DNA of 60,789 bases from Candidatus Limnocylindrales bacterium (GTDB lineage Bacteria > Chloroflexota > Limnocylindria > Limnocylindrales > CSP1-4): NCBI GenBank assembly GCA_036386115.1, contig DASVJA010000194.1:1-60789 (forward strand), written 5' to 3'. The first letter of the stretch is position 1. Each line of letters begins with the position of its first letter. This document shows positions 1 through 12,540 of the stretch, piece after piece. The notes under the pieces are model-generated. The model was not told where the DNA came from, searched no databases, and was given only the letters and a program-made list of their open reading frames with translations. The position numbers and the translations under genes are program-made.

Positions 1-119
1 GCACCGGGACGTTCACCTGCACTTCGACCGGAGGATCATCCGTGGGAACGCACACTGTCTCGGTCAAGAACGCGAGCGGTGAGGTTCTGGCGGCGGGTTC
101 ATACACCATCAATCCGTAA
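1..119 (+). CDS. 3' end of a CDS truncated by the window edge; Thr/Ser/Gly-rich beta-sandwich-like tail (...GTFTCTSTGGSSVGTHTVSVKNASGEVLAAGSYTINP*)
   Basis: Frame is open from the window edge (codons phased from nt 3) to TAA at 117-119. A hairpin follows at 147-185. Confidence 0.4.
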   Translation, partial: TGTFTCTSTGGSSVGTHTVSVKNASGEVLAAGSYTINP

Positions 120-146
120 CGGGGCAGACGTCCGCGTCCTATCGAC

Positions 147-185
147 AGAGAACCGGCGGCGCCACCGCAGCCCCGCCGGTTCTCT
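147..185 (+). terminator. Candidate intrinsic terminator
   Basis: Perfect 13-bp inverted repeat AGAGAACCGGCGG / CCGCCGGTTCTCT with a 13-nt loop, followed by the pyrimidine-rich GCTTCTCT. Sits 28 nt after the stop of the partial CDS. Confidence 0.45.
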
Positions 186-255
186 GCTTCTCTCGCGGGG
201 GTGCGGCGCTAGAGCCCAAGCGAAATCCGCCATGCCGGGTTAGCCTGGGTCCGAA

Positions 256-1083
256 ATGATCGACCTGTTCTTCAAGATCGGATTGCCCGTGATGATGATC
301 GGCATCGTCACGCTGGCCAGCCATCGCTACGGCCCCGCGGTCGGCGGGATTCTGGGCGCGGTGCCCGCCAAGGGCGGACCGATCCTCCTCTTCCTGGCTT
401 TGGAACAGAACACGGCCTTTGCCGCGACGTCGGCGGCGGCGTCCCTGGGCGGAGCCGGCGGCTGCGGCGTCTTCTGCCTGGTCTACGCTCGGGTATGCCG
501 CCGCGTCGGCTGGCCGCTGGCCGGAGCCGCCGCCTACGGCGCCTTCGTGGCAACCTGGGCCGTGATGCTGGTAGTGTCGTCGTGGGGGCTCGCCCCGGCG
601 TTCATCGTCACCATCGGCATCCTCCTCGTTTCGCGCAGACTTCTGCCGCAGGCTCAGCCCACGTCCCGGCGAGCTACAGCAAAGTCGGATTTGCCCACAC
701 GCATGATCGCTGGGGCCGCCATGGTCGTCTTCGTCACGACTGCCGGCCCGATGTTCGGCGCCACGATCAGTGGGATGCTGACCACGATCCCTACGATCGC
801 GGCCGTCCTGGCGCTTTTCACCCACGCCCAGGAGGGTCCCGAGCGAACCATCGGCGTGATGCGCGGCATGACCCATGGGCTGCTCGGCTTTGCCTCATTC
901 CTCGCGGTGCTGGCAGCAACTCTCGAGCCGCTCGGCGTAGTTCGAGCATTCCTGCTCGCGGCCTGCGCCGTAGTGGCAGTTCAGTTCGTTGAATTGCGAT
1001 CGGCATTCAGGGCGCGCCGTCCGGCCGCGGACGTGAAGGCGGATGCCGTGGCAGATCTGGCACTACCGGAAGCTGCCGATTAG
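256..1083 (+). CDS. Polytopic membrane protein, function unknown
   Basis: 275-aa ORF, almost entirely hydrophobic helices (IGLPVMMIGIVTLA, ILLFLAL, VATWAVMLVV, AAMVVFVTTAG...). TAGCCT box at 241-246 lies 9 nt before the ATG. Confidence 0.6.
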   Translation: MIDLFFKIGLPVMMIGIVTLASHRYGPAVGGILGAVPAKGGPILLFLALEQNTAFAATSAAASLGGAGGCGVFCLVYARVCRRVGWPLAGAAAYGAFVATWAVMLVVSSWGLAPAFIVTIGILLVSRRLLPQAQPTSRRATAKSDLPTRMIAGAAMVVFVTTAGPMFGATISGMLTTIPTIAAVLALFTHAQEGPERTIGVMRGMTHGLLGFASFLAVLAATLEPLGVVRAFLLAACAVVAVQFVELRSAFRARRPAADVKADAVADLALPEAAD

Positions 1084-1096
1084 GCACCCGAATTCG

Positions 1097-1126
1097 GGCT
1101 CGTCGGCGCCCGGCTCGTCGGCACCC
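1097..1126. repeat. 15-bp tandem direct repeat x2 (GGCTCGTCGGC[G/A]CCC) between convergent genes
   Basis: Read directly: 1097-1111 and 1112-1126 differ at one base. Confidence 0.6.
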
Positions 1127-1147
1127 GGCGACCGGGCGCCCGGCGCC

Positions 1148-1750
1148 TCAGACTCCCAGGAACGTCCCCGATCCCAACCCGGAGCGAGACAGGCAGACCG
1201 GGTTTGGCGAACGATCCGGATCCCAGAAGGGTGTGTGTTGCTCGGCGAAGCACTCCATCAGCGCGTCCACGCCGTGCTCCTTCTTGTAGGCCCGCTCCGA
1301 CTCGAAAATCGGGATGGCCTGCAGGAATTCGACCGTGGTGCCGTCGGGCGACTCGAGCGGCGGCAGCAGATCCGATCGCGGACGTGTGATCAGAAAAGTA
1401 GTCATCGCCGATCCACGCCAGAGTGCACCGTCCGCCGGCACCGTGTGACCGTGGTCCAGCATCACCCCTTCACGGACGGAGTACAGGGAGAGAGCCGCCA
1501 GCGAGTTGGCGACTTGATCGCGAGCCGGGAGCAGCCCGATGAAAAACTCGTGGCGGTGGTCGGCCGGACCATCGGGCAGCGGGAACGCCGAAGCGCCGAC
1601 CGTCAGGTAGATGACCACGTTCTCCGGGTTGGATTTCGCTTCCCACTTGAGGACTTCAACGGAATAGCCGTCGACTTCGTACTTGGATGACCGTGCAGGC
1701 TTTCCCCAGAGAGCGCGACTTGTGTCGCGAACTGTATCTACTACGGTCAT
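1148..1750 (-). CDS. SUFU-like (suppressor-of-fused domain) protein, of the type found among immunity proteins of polymorphic toxin systems
   Basis: Bacterial SUFU-like pattern: ...VVIYLTVGASAFPLP...HEFFIGL...LSLY...TVEFLQAIPIFESERAYKKEHGVDALMECF. Start trimmed to ATG 1750 because GGAG lies 8 nt upstream. The track ORF extends to 2170, and ATG 1891 would add an N-terminal TM helix. Confidence 0.6.
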   Translation of the reverse strand: MTVVDTVRDTSRALWGKPARSSKYEVDGYSVEVLKWEAKSNPENVVIYLTVGASAFPLPDGPADHRHEFFIGLLPARDQVANSLAALSLYSVREGVMLDHGHTVPADGALWRGSAMTTFLITRPRSDLLPPLESPDGTTVEFLQAIPIFESERAYKKEHGVDALMECFAEQHTPFWDPDRSPNPVCLSRSGLGSGTFLGV

Positions 1751-2257
1751 CGATCCAACTCCTGCGGCGACTGCGATGCTCAGGATAGCCCCGAAGACAA
1801 GCCCTAATGTGGGATTCGGGCGTGGAGCGGAATCCGCCCAGAAGAGTGGTGCGACAGAGTGCACGGCGCGCGGGGACGGGCCCGGCTCCATCAGTGGGCG
1901 CTGCCGGTCGGCGACATGTTGCGGAATGCAACTACCAGTTGCGTCGCGCGAGGATTCCGGACGTGAGTGCGCCCCACGACTCTGATTTGTGCGCGAACCC
2001 GGGCAATTCACGCATATCAAGCGCCTTACGGCCTCCGCGCGATCGTTCTTTTTCGCGCCGCGCAAGTACCAGTTGCAAAACGCAAGAAGTGGTTCCGCGC
2101 CGGCAGCGAGCCGGACCGAACCACGTCCAGGCCAGCCGGGCCAGGCCGGCCGGGCCGAGCCACGCCGCACTCCCGGCCGACCCGAGCACTCGAGGTGCCG
2201 GACCTACCGCCGCGCGTCTGCCGACACAGACTTGACAGGACATGCATACTGGTACGC

Positions 2258-3088
2258 ATGACTGACCAGTCGGACCAAGTTCCGCCCCCGCCACCGGCCC
2301 ATGCCACGCGCGGCGCCATCCTTGCGGCCGCTCGCCGTGCCTTCGCCGCGGACCCGGCGACGCTTTCGATCCAGCACGTCGCGGCCGAGGCGGGTGTTTC
2401 TCGCCAGACCATCCACCACTACTTCGGCGGCCTCAAAGGTCTCCGGGCCGCGCTAGCCGCCGAGGGTCTCGACACGGCCTCCGCCCAGGATGAGCCGACC
2501 CGCGACCGCCTCATCGACTCGGCCGTCCGTCTCCTGTCGCGTCCCGGTAGCGGTCTGATCTCCATCGAAGCGATCGCCGACGAAGCCGGCCTCACCAAGG
2601 GCGCCTTCTACCACCACTTTGCCGACCGAGCCGAACTGCTCCTGGCAGTTGCCCATCGGGTCAGCCCGGTAGAAGAACTGCGCGCCCATATCGTGCCGTC
2701 CATGGGTCTCGGCGCGCGAGAGGGCCTGATCGTCATCGCTCGCGCCTACTACGCGGCCATGAGCGCGAGGTCGGACCTGGTTCGGAATCTCGCCGCCAAC
2801 TCCTCACAGGACCCGGAACTCGCGCGGGTCGTCATGTCCGAGGTCATAGGCCAGGGCGCACCGATGATGATGGCCTGGTTCGGAGTGCAAATTCAAACGG
2901 GCAATCTCCGCCCCATAGATCCGGCCCTACTGATTCAAGCGCTATTCGGGCCGGTATTCCTTCTCATCGTCCTTGGACCGCAGGTCTTCGGCGAATTGGC
3001 CCGTCTCGGAATTCATCCCGCCATCGACAACGTCGAGGCGTACGTGGATCTCCTTCTCCACGGCGCCGCGCTCCCGACCGCCAGCTAA
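2258..3088 (+). CDS. TetR/AcrR family transcriptional regulator
   Basis: N-terminal HTH (ILAAARRAFA...LSIQHVAAEAGVSRQTIHHYFGG). Start trimmed to ATG 2258 (MTDQSDQ...); CATACT box at 2245-2250 lies 7 nt upstream. Directly precedes the ABC genes. Confidence 0.85.
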   Translation: MTDQSDQVPPPPPAHATRGAILAAARRAFAADPATLSIQHVAAEAGVSRQTIHHYFGGLKGLRAALAAEGLDTASAQDEPTRDRLIDSAVRLLSRPGSGLISIEAIADEAGLTKGAFYHHFADRAELLLAVAHRVSPVEELRAHIVPSMGLGAREGLIVIARAYYAAMSARSDLVRNLAANSSQDPELARVVMSEVIGQGAPMMMAWFGVQIQTGNLRPIDPALLIQALFGPVFLLIVLGPQVFGELARLGIHPAIDNVEAYVDLLLHGAALPTAS

Positions 3089-3099
3089 GGAGGCGCTCT

Positions 3100-3897
3100 A
3101 TGGCCACAATCGCGACTTCAACCGCAACGCCGGCGCCCGTCGAGCCCGTCACTCCGGCGATCGAGGCGACTCAAGTGCGCAAGAGTTTCGGGCTGATCGA
3201 AGCCGTCGCCGGCATCGACATGAGCCTGGCGCCCGGCCGCATCTACGGCCTGCTCGGGCCCAACGGCTCCGGCAAGACCACTCTGATTCGCCTGCTCACC
3301 GGCCTCGCCTCCGCCACCAGCGGCACCGTCAGAGTTCTCGGCGTCAAGATGCCATCACGGACCAACCTGGAGCACATTGGGTACATGACCCAATCTGACG
3401 GCATCTACCCAGAACTGTCCGTTTGGGAGAACCTCTCATTCTTCGCCTCGCTGTACGGCGTAACGGACAAGACTCGGCTGCACGAGACCCTTGAGTTTGT
3501 GGAACTGGACACGCGTTCCGGCACTCCGGCGATGCAGCTGTCCGGCGGCATGCGGCGACGCCTCTCCATGGCCTGCGCCCTGGCCCACCACCCTTCGGTG
3601 ATCTTCCTGGATGAACCCACGGTCGGGGTGGACCCTGCCCTGAGAGTCCAGTTCTGGGACCACTTCCACCGACTGGCCGCAGATGGAGCGACGCTCCTGG
3701 TCTCCAGCCATGTGATGGACGAGGCCGATCGCTGCGATGAATTGCTCTTCATTCGAGACGGGCACGTCCTGGCCCAAGGGACGCCGAAGGAGCTGCGCAA
3801 CCGAGCACACACGGACAACCTAGAAACGGCTTTCTTGGGCTTTGCCGGCGAGACTGCCGGCACCGCGGCCGCAGGAGGGAAGGAGATCGCCCGATGA
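3100..3897 (+). CDS. ABC transporter ATP-binding protein (ABC-2/DrrA-like exporter type)
   Basis: Walker A GPNGSGKTT, signature LSGGMRRRL, Walker B VIFLDEPT. AAGGAGG SD lies 6-7 nt upstream of the ATG. Confidence 0.9.
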   Translation: MATIATSTATPAPVEPVTPAIEATQVRKSFGLIEAVAGIDMSLAPGRIYGLLGPNGSGKTTLIRLLTGLASATSGTVRVLGVKMPSRTNLEHIGYMTQSDGIYPELSVWENLSFFASLYGVTDKTRLHETLEFVELDTRSGTPAMQLSGGMRRRLSMACALAHHPSVIFLDEPTVGVDPALRVQFWDHFHRLAADGATLLVSSHVMDEADRCDELLFIRDGHVLAQGTPKELRNRAHTDNLETAFLGFAGETAGTAAAGGKEIAR

Positions 3898-5048
3898 GCA
3901 TGCTCAGAGTCGCAACCGTCTTCCGCCGAATCATCGCCCAATTCCGCCGCGATCCCCGCTCGCTGGCGCTCCTTTACCTCGCCCCCATCGCGATCATCGC
4001 CTTGCTGGGCTGGGTGCTCAGCAGCTCACAGTCCACGACGGCCCGTGTCGCGGTCGTCGACGCGCAGCAAAGCCAGGCGTCGGCCGTGGTCTCGGGCGAG
4101 TTGCGCCACGTTCTCGGCGGCCAGTCCGGCATCGCCCTGGACGGCTCCGTCGCGGATGACGCGACGGCGCGGCAGATGCTGAAGGACAAGCAGCTGGACA
4201 TTGTGGTTGTCATCCCGTCGGACTTCAGTCTCGAGAACCGCCGCTTCGAGATCATGACCCTGGGCCTCAATCCCACCGCCGAGGCCTCGGCCCTGCCGGC
4301 GGTCCAGAAGGCGCTCTTCTCGGCAGTCGCCGAGAGCGCCGCCGGCGCCGTCCTGCCGACGATCGACCGCACGACCATATACGGCTCGCCGACCGCGACG
4401 ACACTCGACTCGCTGGCGCCCGTAGTCGTCGGCTTCTTCCTCTACTTCTTCGTGTTCATCCTCACCGGCATTAGCTTCCTGCGGGAGCGCATTGGCGGCA
4501 CCCTAGAACGCCTAATGGCCACGCCGGTCAGCCGGGCCGAAATCGTGCTCGGCTACAGCCTCGGCTTCGGCTTCTTCGCAACGATTCAGGTCGCCCTGGT
4601 GCTGGCCTTCGTGATCGGCCGGCTATCGGTTCCGGCACTGGGACCGGTGCCGGAGTTCGGGATCGGGCTCGGCGTTCATACGATCGGCAACCCGCTGATC
4701 GCCTATCTGCTCGTGCTGGTGCTCGGGCTCGGCGCGGTCTCGCTCGGAATCTTCCTCTCCACGTTTGCTCGCAGCGAGATGCAGATCCTGCAATTCATTC
4801 CGATCGTGATCGTCCCCCAGGGGTTGCTGGGCGGCTTCTTCTGGCCAATCGAGCAGCTGCCGAACCTGCTCCAGCCAATCGCCCGCATCCTACCTGTCAC
4901 ATACGCCATCGACGGATTGCGCCAGGTGATGATCGCCGGCGCGGACCTCTCCTCGCCCCAGGTACTCCTGGATCTCGGAGTGCTTACGGGAATCGCCGCC
5001 GTCTTCGTAGTCCTCGCAGCGGCGACGATCAGGCGGGAGGTTGCGTAA
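3894..5048 (+). CDS. ABC-2 type transporter permease
   Basis: ATGA start/stop overlap with the ATPase gene. One N-terminal TM, a large loop, then a C-terminal bundle of about 5 TM helices, typical of ABC-2 permeases. Confidence 0.85.
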   Translation: MSMLRVATVFRRIIAQFRRDPRSLALLYLAPIAIIALLGWVLSSSQSTTARVAVVDAQQSQASAVVSGELRHVLGGQSGIALDGSVADDATARQMLKDKQLDIVVVIPSDFSLENRRFEIMTLGLNPTAEASALPAVQKALFSAVAESAAGAVLPTIDRTTIYGSPTATTLDSLAPVVVGFFLYFFVFILTGISFLRERIGGTLERLMATPVSRAEIVLGYSLGFGFFATIQVALVLAFVIGRLSVPALGPVPEFGIGLGVHTIGNPLIAYLLVLVLGLGAVSLGIFLSTFARSEMQILQFIPIVIVPQGLLGGFFWPIEQLPNLLQPIARILPVTYAIDGLRQVMIAGADLSSPQVLLDLGVLTGIAAVFVVLAAATIRREVA

Positions 5049-6401
5049 CTAAGCGGGCAACCGCTCCCGAACCCCGCGTATGCGCTTGCGCAGGCCGTGC
5101 CGGCGCGGCCCCGCAATGACCAACGCCGTGGACCACGCCACCACGGATACCAGGGCCACGCCGTACACGGGCCAGTAATTACCAACCCGGTCGTACATGA
5201 TGCCGCCCACATTCATCACGATGACTCCGCCCAGCGGATAGGCCATGGCGGTGATCCCGAATATGGCACCGAAGTTGTGACCGCCGAACACATCCGAGAA
5301 TGCGGCGGACCGGATGGCGATGGTGGCGCCGATGCCGAAGCCATAGACGAGGTTGCCTACGACCGCCACCGCTAGAAGCGACCCGTTCGAGACGAAGATG
5401 CCGGTGATGCCGATGAGGATCAGGCCCGCACACGCCAGCCCGACAAAGCGTCGCCCGTAGCGGTCGGAGAGCCCGCCGCCGATCACCTGGCCGGCAACGT
5501 ACGCATAGCACTGGAGTGCCAGCATCGTGGCCGCGAAGCCGGCGTCTATCCCCTGGGATACGGCGTGCCGGGACGACATCTGGAAGATGCCCTCGTCGAT
5601 GCAGCCGATCCCCACCGCCCCAACGAGCAGGATGATGAACCGCTTGGTGCGGACCGTGCGGCGCAGAGCATCCCGGCGCGAGTGGCTGCCGGGCGGCAAA
5701 AGCTCCTGCGATGCGGCGACAACGCCAGGTGCCGATGTCTCGTGCAGACCGGATCCATGCGGAGCAGCCGCAGGCGCCTCCCCACCCCGGGCCTTCTTCT
5801 CAGACGCGGCCACCAGCACCGCCGGTCCCATCGTCATAACCCACACGAACGGAATCGTAATCAGCGAGATGGCGCCGAAGACGGCCGCGGTGGAGCGCCA
5901 TCCGATCCCGGGCAGCAGACCGGCGGCGAGCGGCAGAGCCAGTGCCACGCCGATGCCCGGCCCGGCATAGGCCACTCCCAGGGCAAGCCCGGCCACTCCC
6001 GCGTAGCGGCGCGAGATCGCGGTAGTAGTTCCCACGAATACGAGTTGGACGCCTATGCCCAGCAGCGCCCCAAATGCGACCATCAAAAAGACGACGTCGG
6101 TAGCCATTGACGCCACGAACCAGCCGGCGGCGAGAAACACGGCCCCGGCGAGGAGCAGGATCCGGTCGGCCACCATGTCGAAGGCGCGACCGAGCACTGG
6201 GGAGCAGGCCGCGGAGATGATCAGGAACACCGTCCACGGCATCTGCCCGAGCTCACGGGACGTGTGGAAGGTCTTCTCAAACTCGGGCGCGAGCAGCGGA
6301 TAGCAATACAGAGGCGCGTACGCAACAGCACCCACGACGAACGCGGCCAGAACGGGCACAGTCCGGCGCAGGCCGCTTCTGGAGACTGCTATGCCCGGCA
6401 C
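5049..6401 (-). CDS. MFS transporter
   Basis: 450 aa in two six-helix halves separated by a charged central loop. GTG start. Its stop codon directly abuts the stop of the convergent permease gene. Confidence 0.85.
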   Translation of the reverse strand: MPGIAVSRSGLRRTVPVLAAFVVGAVAYAPLYCYPLLAPEFEKTFHTSRELGQMPWTVFLIISAACSPVLGRAFDMVADRILLLAGAVFLAAGWFVASMATDVVFLMVAFGALLGIGVQLVFVGTTTAISRRYAGVAGLALGVAYAGPGIGVALALPLAAGLLPGIGWRSTAAVFGAISLITIPFVWVMTMGPAVLVAASEKKARGGEAPAAAPHGSGLHETSAPGVVAASQELLPPGSHSRRDALRRTVRTKRFIILLVGAVGIGCIDEGIFQMSSRHAVSQGIDAGFAATMLALQCYAYVAGQVIGGGLSDRYGRRFVGLACAGLILIGITGIFVSNGSLLAVAVVGNLVYGFGIGATIAIRSAAFSDVFGGHNFGAIFGITAMAYPLGGVIVMNVGGIMYDRVGNYWPVYGVALVSVVAWSTALVIAGPRRHGLRKRIRGVRERLPA

Positions 6402-6407
6402 CTATGC

Positions 6408-6413
6408 ATCGTA
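6408..6413 (-). promoter_or_regulatory. -10 box TACGAT, 6 nt upstream of the MFS GTG start (leaderless arrangement)
   Basis: Minus strand reads TACGAT-gcatag-GTG. No SD-like sequence. Confidence 0.45.
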
Positions 6414-6496
6414 GGACACAGCGGCGCAGGGGGCGCGGCGACGGCTCTATTCCGGAGGTTCCCGGCGGACGCCTCCGCCCGCCTGGGCGCGGCCGA

Positions 6497-7135
6497 TTAC
6501 GCCTTGGCGTCGGCCTCTTCGGCAGGTGCCTCAGCGACGGCAGCGCCTTCGACTTCGGCGACGACCTCGGCAACGTGCGGCGCGGCCACCTTGGCGACGA
6601 TCTCGTCCGCGTCGGACAAGAGAGTCACGCCGGCCGGGAGCGGCAAATCGCGAAGGTGGATTGCGGTCTCGAAGTCCAAGATGCCATCGACCGAGAACTC
6701 GATCGAGTCCGGCAGGTTCTCCGGCAGAGCGCGGACGCGAATGTGATCGATGTTGTACAGCAACGTCCCGCCCAGACGGGTGACCGCATACGAGTCGCCG
6801 GTGCCGTGAAGCGGAATGTCCACCGTGACTTCTTCGCCGCTCTTGAGCTCGAAGAGGTCCACGTGTACGAGGTGACGATGGCGCGGCTCGATCTGGACGC
6901 CGTGGATCAGCACCTTGTGCTTGTCCTTGCCGTCGATCTTGAGCTCGATGATCGTGTTGGAATGCGAAGTTCGACGAATGTGATCGAACTCATGCGCGTC
7001 CAGGGAGACCGGGATGGAGTCCAGGCCGTGGCCGAAAACCACTGCCGGCACGCGGCCCGTCTTGCGCAGTTGCGCGACGTGCTTGCCGATCTCGGTGCGG
7101 CGAGTTGCGTTCAAAGTGACGATGGGAGCTGACAC
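6497..7135 (-). CDS. rplY: 50S ribosomal protein L25 / general stress protein Ctc
   Basis: RTEIGKHVAQLRKTGRVPAVVFGHG...LKIDGK...VLIHGVQIEP, plus an acidic Ala/Glu-rich tail typical of long-form L25/Ctc. AGAGG SD lies upstream of the GTG. Confidence 0.9.
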   Translation of the reverse strand: MSAPIVTLNATRRTEIGKHVAQLRKTGRVPAVVFGHGLDSIPVSLDAHEFDHIRRTSHSNTIIELKIDGKDKHKVLIHGVQIEPRHRHLVHVDLFELKSGEEVTVDIPLHGTGDSYAVTRLGGTLLYNIDHIRVRALPENLPDSIEFSVDGILDFETAIHLRDLPLPAGVTLLSDADEIVAKVAAPHVAEVVAEVEGAAVAEAPAEEADAKA

Positions 7136-7294
7136 TGACTGAGACCTCTCTGCGCGGGCCTATCGAGCGCACTGACCGTTGCGGAGGCGCTTCGACCTAG
7201 GAGCCTACCACGGGAAGGTGATGACTGGATACGCCGCATGCAGGCGAGACGGCGTGGACCGACTCTCAGCCGCCCCGCCGGCGCTCGCCGGGTG

Positions 7295-7300
7295 TACGAT
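7295..7300 (+). promoter_or_regulatory. -10 box TACGAT, 6 nt upstream of the response-regulator ATG (leaderless arrangement)
   Basis: gTG-TACGAT-cgcctc-ATG. No SD. Confidence 0.45.
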
Positions 7301-7306
7301 CGCCTC

Positions 7307-8005
7307 ATGGCAGCAACGATTCTGATCGTCGAGGACGAGTACGCGGTCGCGCGTGGAATCCAGTACGCCCTTCAGCAAGAGGGCTACCAGGTGGCGGTCT
7401 CCAGGTCCGGCGAAGAAGGCTTGGAGTTCGCACTGCGCGAGGGCCCCGATCTCATCGTGTTGGATGTCCGGCTCCCGGGTATCGACGGCTTCGAGGTTCT
7501 GCGCCGGCTCCGCACCAGCGGTTCGAAGGCGCCGGTCTTGATCCTTACCGCCCGGGACGAAGAGATGGACAAAGTCATCGGGCTGGAGCTGGGCGCCGAC
7601 GACTACATGACCAAGCCGTTCGGCCTGCGGGAGCTGATGAGCCGGATCAAAGCTCTCTTGCGGCGGGCGTACGGCGACCTCGCGGATGCGGGCGGCGGGC
7701 GGTTGCTCCGCCACGGCGACCTGCTGATCGACCTTGAGCGACGGCGCGTCCAGCGAGGCGAGCGCCGCATTCCCCTTACCGCCACCGAGTTCGAGATCCT
7801 CAGGCATCTGGCCAGCAAGCCAGGCCGGGTGTACTCCAGGAGAGAGCTTCTGGAGCTGATCCGCGACTACGAAGCGCTGGACCAGGACGAGAAGACGATC
7901 AACGTCCACGTCAGCCACCTGCGAGAGAAACTGGAAGACGACCCGTCCAGCCCGCGATTCGTCTTGACAGTCCGCGGCGCGGGGTACGCCTTCGCGGAGC
8001 GCTGA
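7307..8005 (+). CDS. OmpR/PhoB-family response regulator (MprA-like)
   Basis: REC domain (ILIVEDE..., DLIVLDVRLPGIDG, KPF) plus winged-helix output (LTATEFEILRHL...TVRGAGYAF). Start trimmed to ATG 7307. Confidence 0.9.
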   Translation: MAATILIVEDEYAVARGIQYALQQEGYQVAVSRSGEEGLEFALREGPDLIVLDVRLPGIDGFEVLRRLRTSGSKAPVLILTARDEEMDKVIGLELGADDYMTKPFGLRELMSRIKALLRRAYGDLADAGGGRLLRHGDLLIDLERRRVQRGERRIPLTATEFEILRHLASKPGRVYSRRELLELIRDYEALDQDEKTINVHVSHLREKLEDDPSSPRFVLTVRGAGYAFAER

Positions 8006-8006
8006 A

Positions 8007-9788
<1,782 letters not shown>

Positions 9789-9950
9789 GTGGCGGAATCT
9801 TCACCGATCTCAGTCTGGAACTGCAGCCTCGGCCATTGCAAACTTATGACGGTTCCAGCGCAGCGTCGTGGCCGGGCCGTCCGGGCGCGAATCCGTCTTT
9901 GTGCCTAGGATTCGCGTCTCGCCATTCTCGTATCCGGATTAGCCGTCCTG

Positions 9951-11254
<1,304 letters not shown>

Positions 11255-11258
<4 letters not shown>

Positions 11259-11635
11259 GAGCGGCGAGGTCGTCGGCGCCGGATCTCGACGGCCGCAAAG
11301 TCAAGGTCGCGCGGCAGCGCCACCTCCGGTTTGCGGACTCGAACCACGACTTCGGAGAACTCCAGCGTCTCGAATCGGGCGATGACACGACCGGCGATCT
11401 CCTCCGCCAGAGCCTCGATCAACCGGAAGCTCGGCCCTTCGATCGTCTCCCGACAGATGTCGAAGACAGCGCGGTAGTCGGCCGTCTGTGACAGATCGTC
11501 CGATCGCCCGGCCGGACTCAGGTCCAGCCACAGCTCCACATCGACCTCGAACGGCTGACTCGTCTGCAGCTCTTCCTCGAGGACGCCGTGCTTGCCCCGG
11601 AAGCGCATGCCGGACAGGGAGATGTGATCGGTCAT
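11255..11635 (-). CDS. folB: Dihydroneopterin aldolase
   Basis: MTDHISLSGMRFRGKHGVLEEELQTSQPFEVDVEL...DYRAV is typical FolB. ATGA overlap with the folP stop. The 430-aa track ORF 11255..12547 is a composite; only its last 126 codons are real. Confidence 0.85.
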
Positions 11636-12540
11636 GCTCGTTGTCCGCGACAGATGGCATCGGCAACCAGTGCGGCACGCTTGTTCGCCTGCACGTCGTG
11701 GACGCGGACGATGTCCGCGCCGGCGGCGATGGCGAGAGCGGTAGTAGCCAGGGTTCCTTCCAGACGCTCTTCGGTCGGCGCCCCGCCGAGCACTCGGCCG
11801 ATAGTCGACTTGCGCGATGTCCCAAGCAGGACCGGCCGGCCCAGGAGCCTGAGGTCTGCCAGCCGACGCATCAGTTCGAGGTTGTGCTCCGGCGTCTTGC
11901 CGAAGCCAAAGCCCGGATCGACGATGAGGTTCCGGCCGGGCACGCCCACAGCCAACGCACGATCCAGAGCAGCGCCCAGATCGGCCATGACCTCCGGCCA
12001 GAAGTCGCGGTAGAGCGGCTCCGCGAGGTTGTGCATGAGCACGATCGGCACGTCTCGTGCCGCCGCCAGGCGCACCATCGAATCGTCGGCGGAGACGCCC
12101 CAGACGTCGTTCAGGAGCGTCGCGCCGGCGTCGAGCGCAGCTGTAGCCACGGACGGCTTGGAGGTATCGACGCTGATCGGGAGACCGGGCAGGGCCGCGT
12201 GGATGGCAGCTATAACCGGCACGACCCGGGCGGCTTCTTCGTCCTCCGGCACAGCCTCGTGACCGGGGCGAGTGGATTCGCCGCCGATATCCAGGATGTC
12301 GGCGCCCTCGCTTGCCATCTGCCGGGCCTGTACGACAGCTGCCTCGACGGCGGCCGCGCTCCCGCCGGCGGTGCGGACCAGTAGCCCGTCGCCGGAGAAC
12401 GAGTCCGGAGTCACGTTGAGGATGCCCATCACAAACGTCCGCGTTCCCCACGCAAACAGGCTCGGGCCGATTTGAGTAGGCGACGGAGTGGCGCCGGACA
12501 AAGGAGTAGCGCCGGAAGCGGTCGGACGAGCGGTATTCAA
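11632..12540 (-). CDS. folP: Dihydropteroate synthase
   Basis: GILNVTPDSFSGDG, DIGGESTRPG, SVDT, NDV and GTSRKS motifs. Confidence 0.9.
   Translation of the reverse strand: MNTARPTASGATPLSGATPSPTQIGPSLFAWGTRTFVMGILNVTPDSFSGDGLLVRTAGGSAAAVEAAVVQARQMASEGADILDIGGESTRPGHEAVPEDEEAARVVPVIAAIHAALPGLPISVDTSKPSVATAALDAGATLLNDVWGVSADDSMVRLAAARDVPIVLMHNLAEPLYRDFWPEVMADLGAALDRALAVGVPGRNLIVDPGFGFGKTPEHNLELMRRLADLRLLGRPVLLGTSRKSTIGRVLGGAPTEERLEGTLATTALAIAAGADIVRVHDVQANKRAALVADAICRGQRA

Noticed and set aside
5046-5051. Abutting stop codons (TAA/CTA) of the convergent permease and MFS genes, as a possible fusion or assembly artefact.
   Set aside because: Both proteins end with plausible C-termini and both frames are intact. 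Zero-spacer convergent genes occur in compact genomes. The only oddity is the absence of any terminator hairpin.
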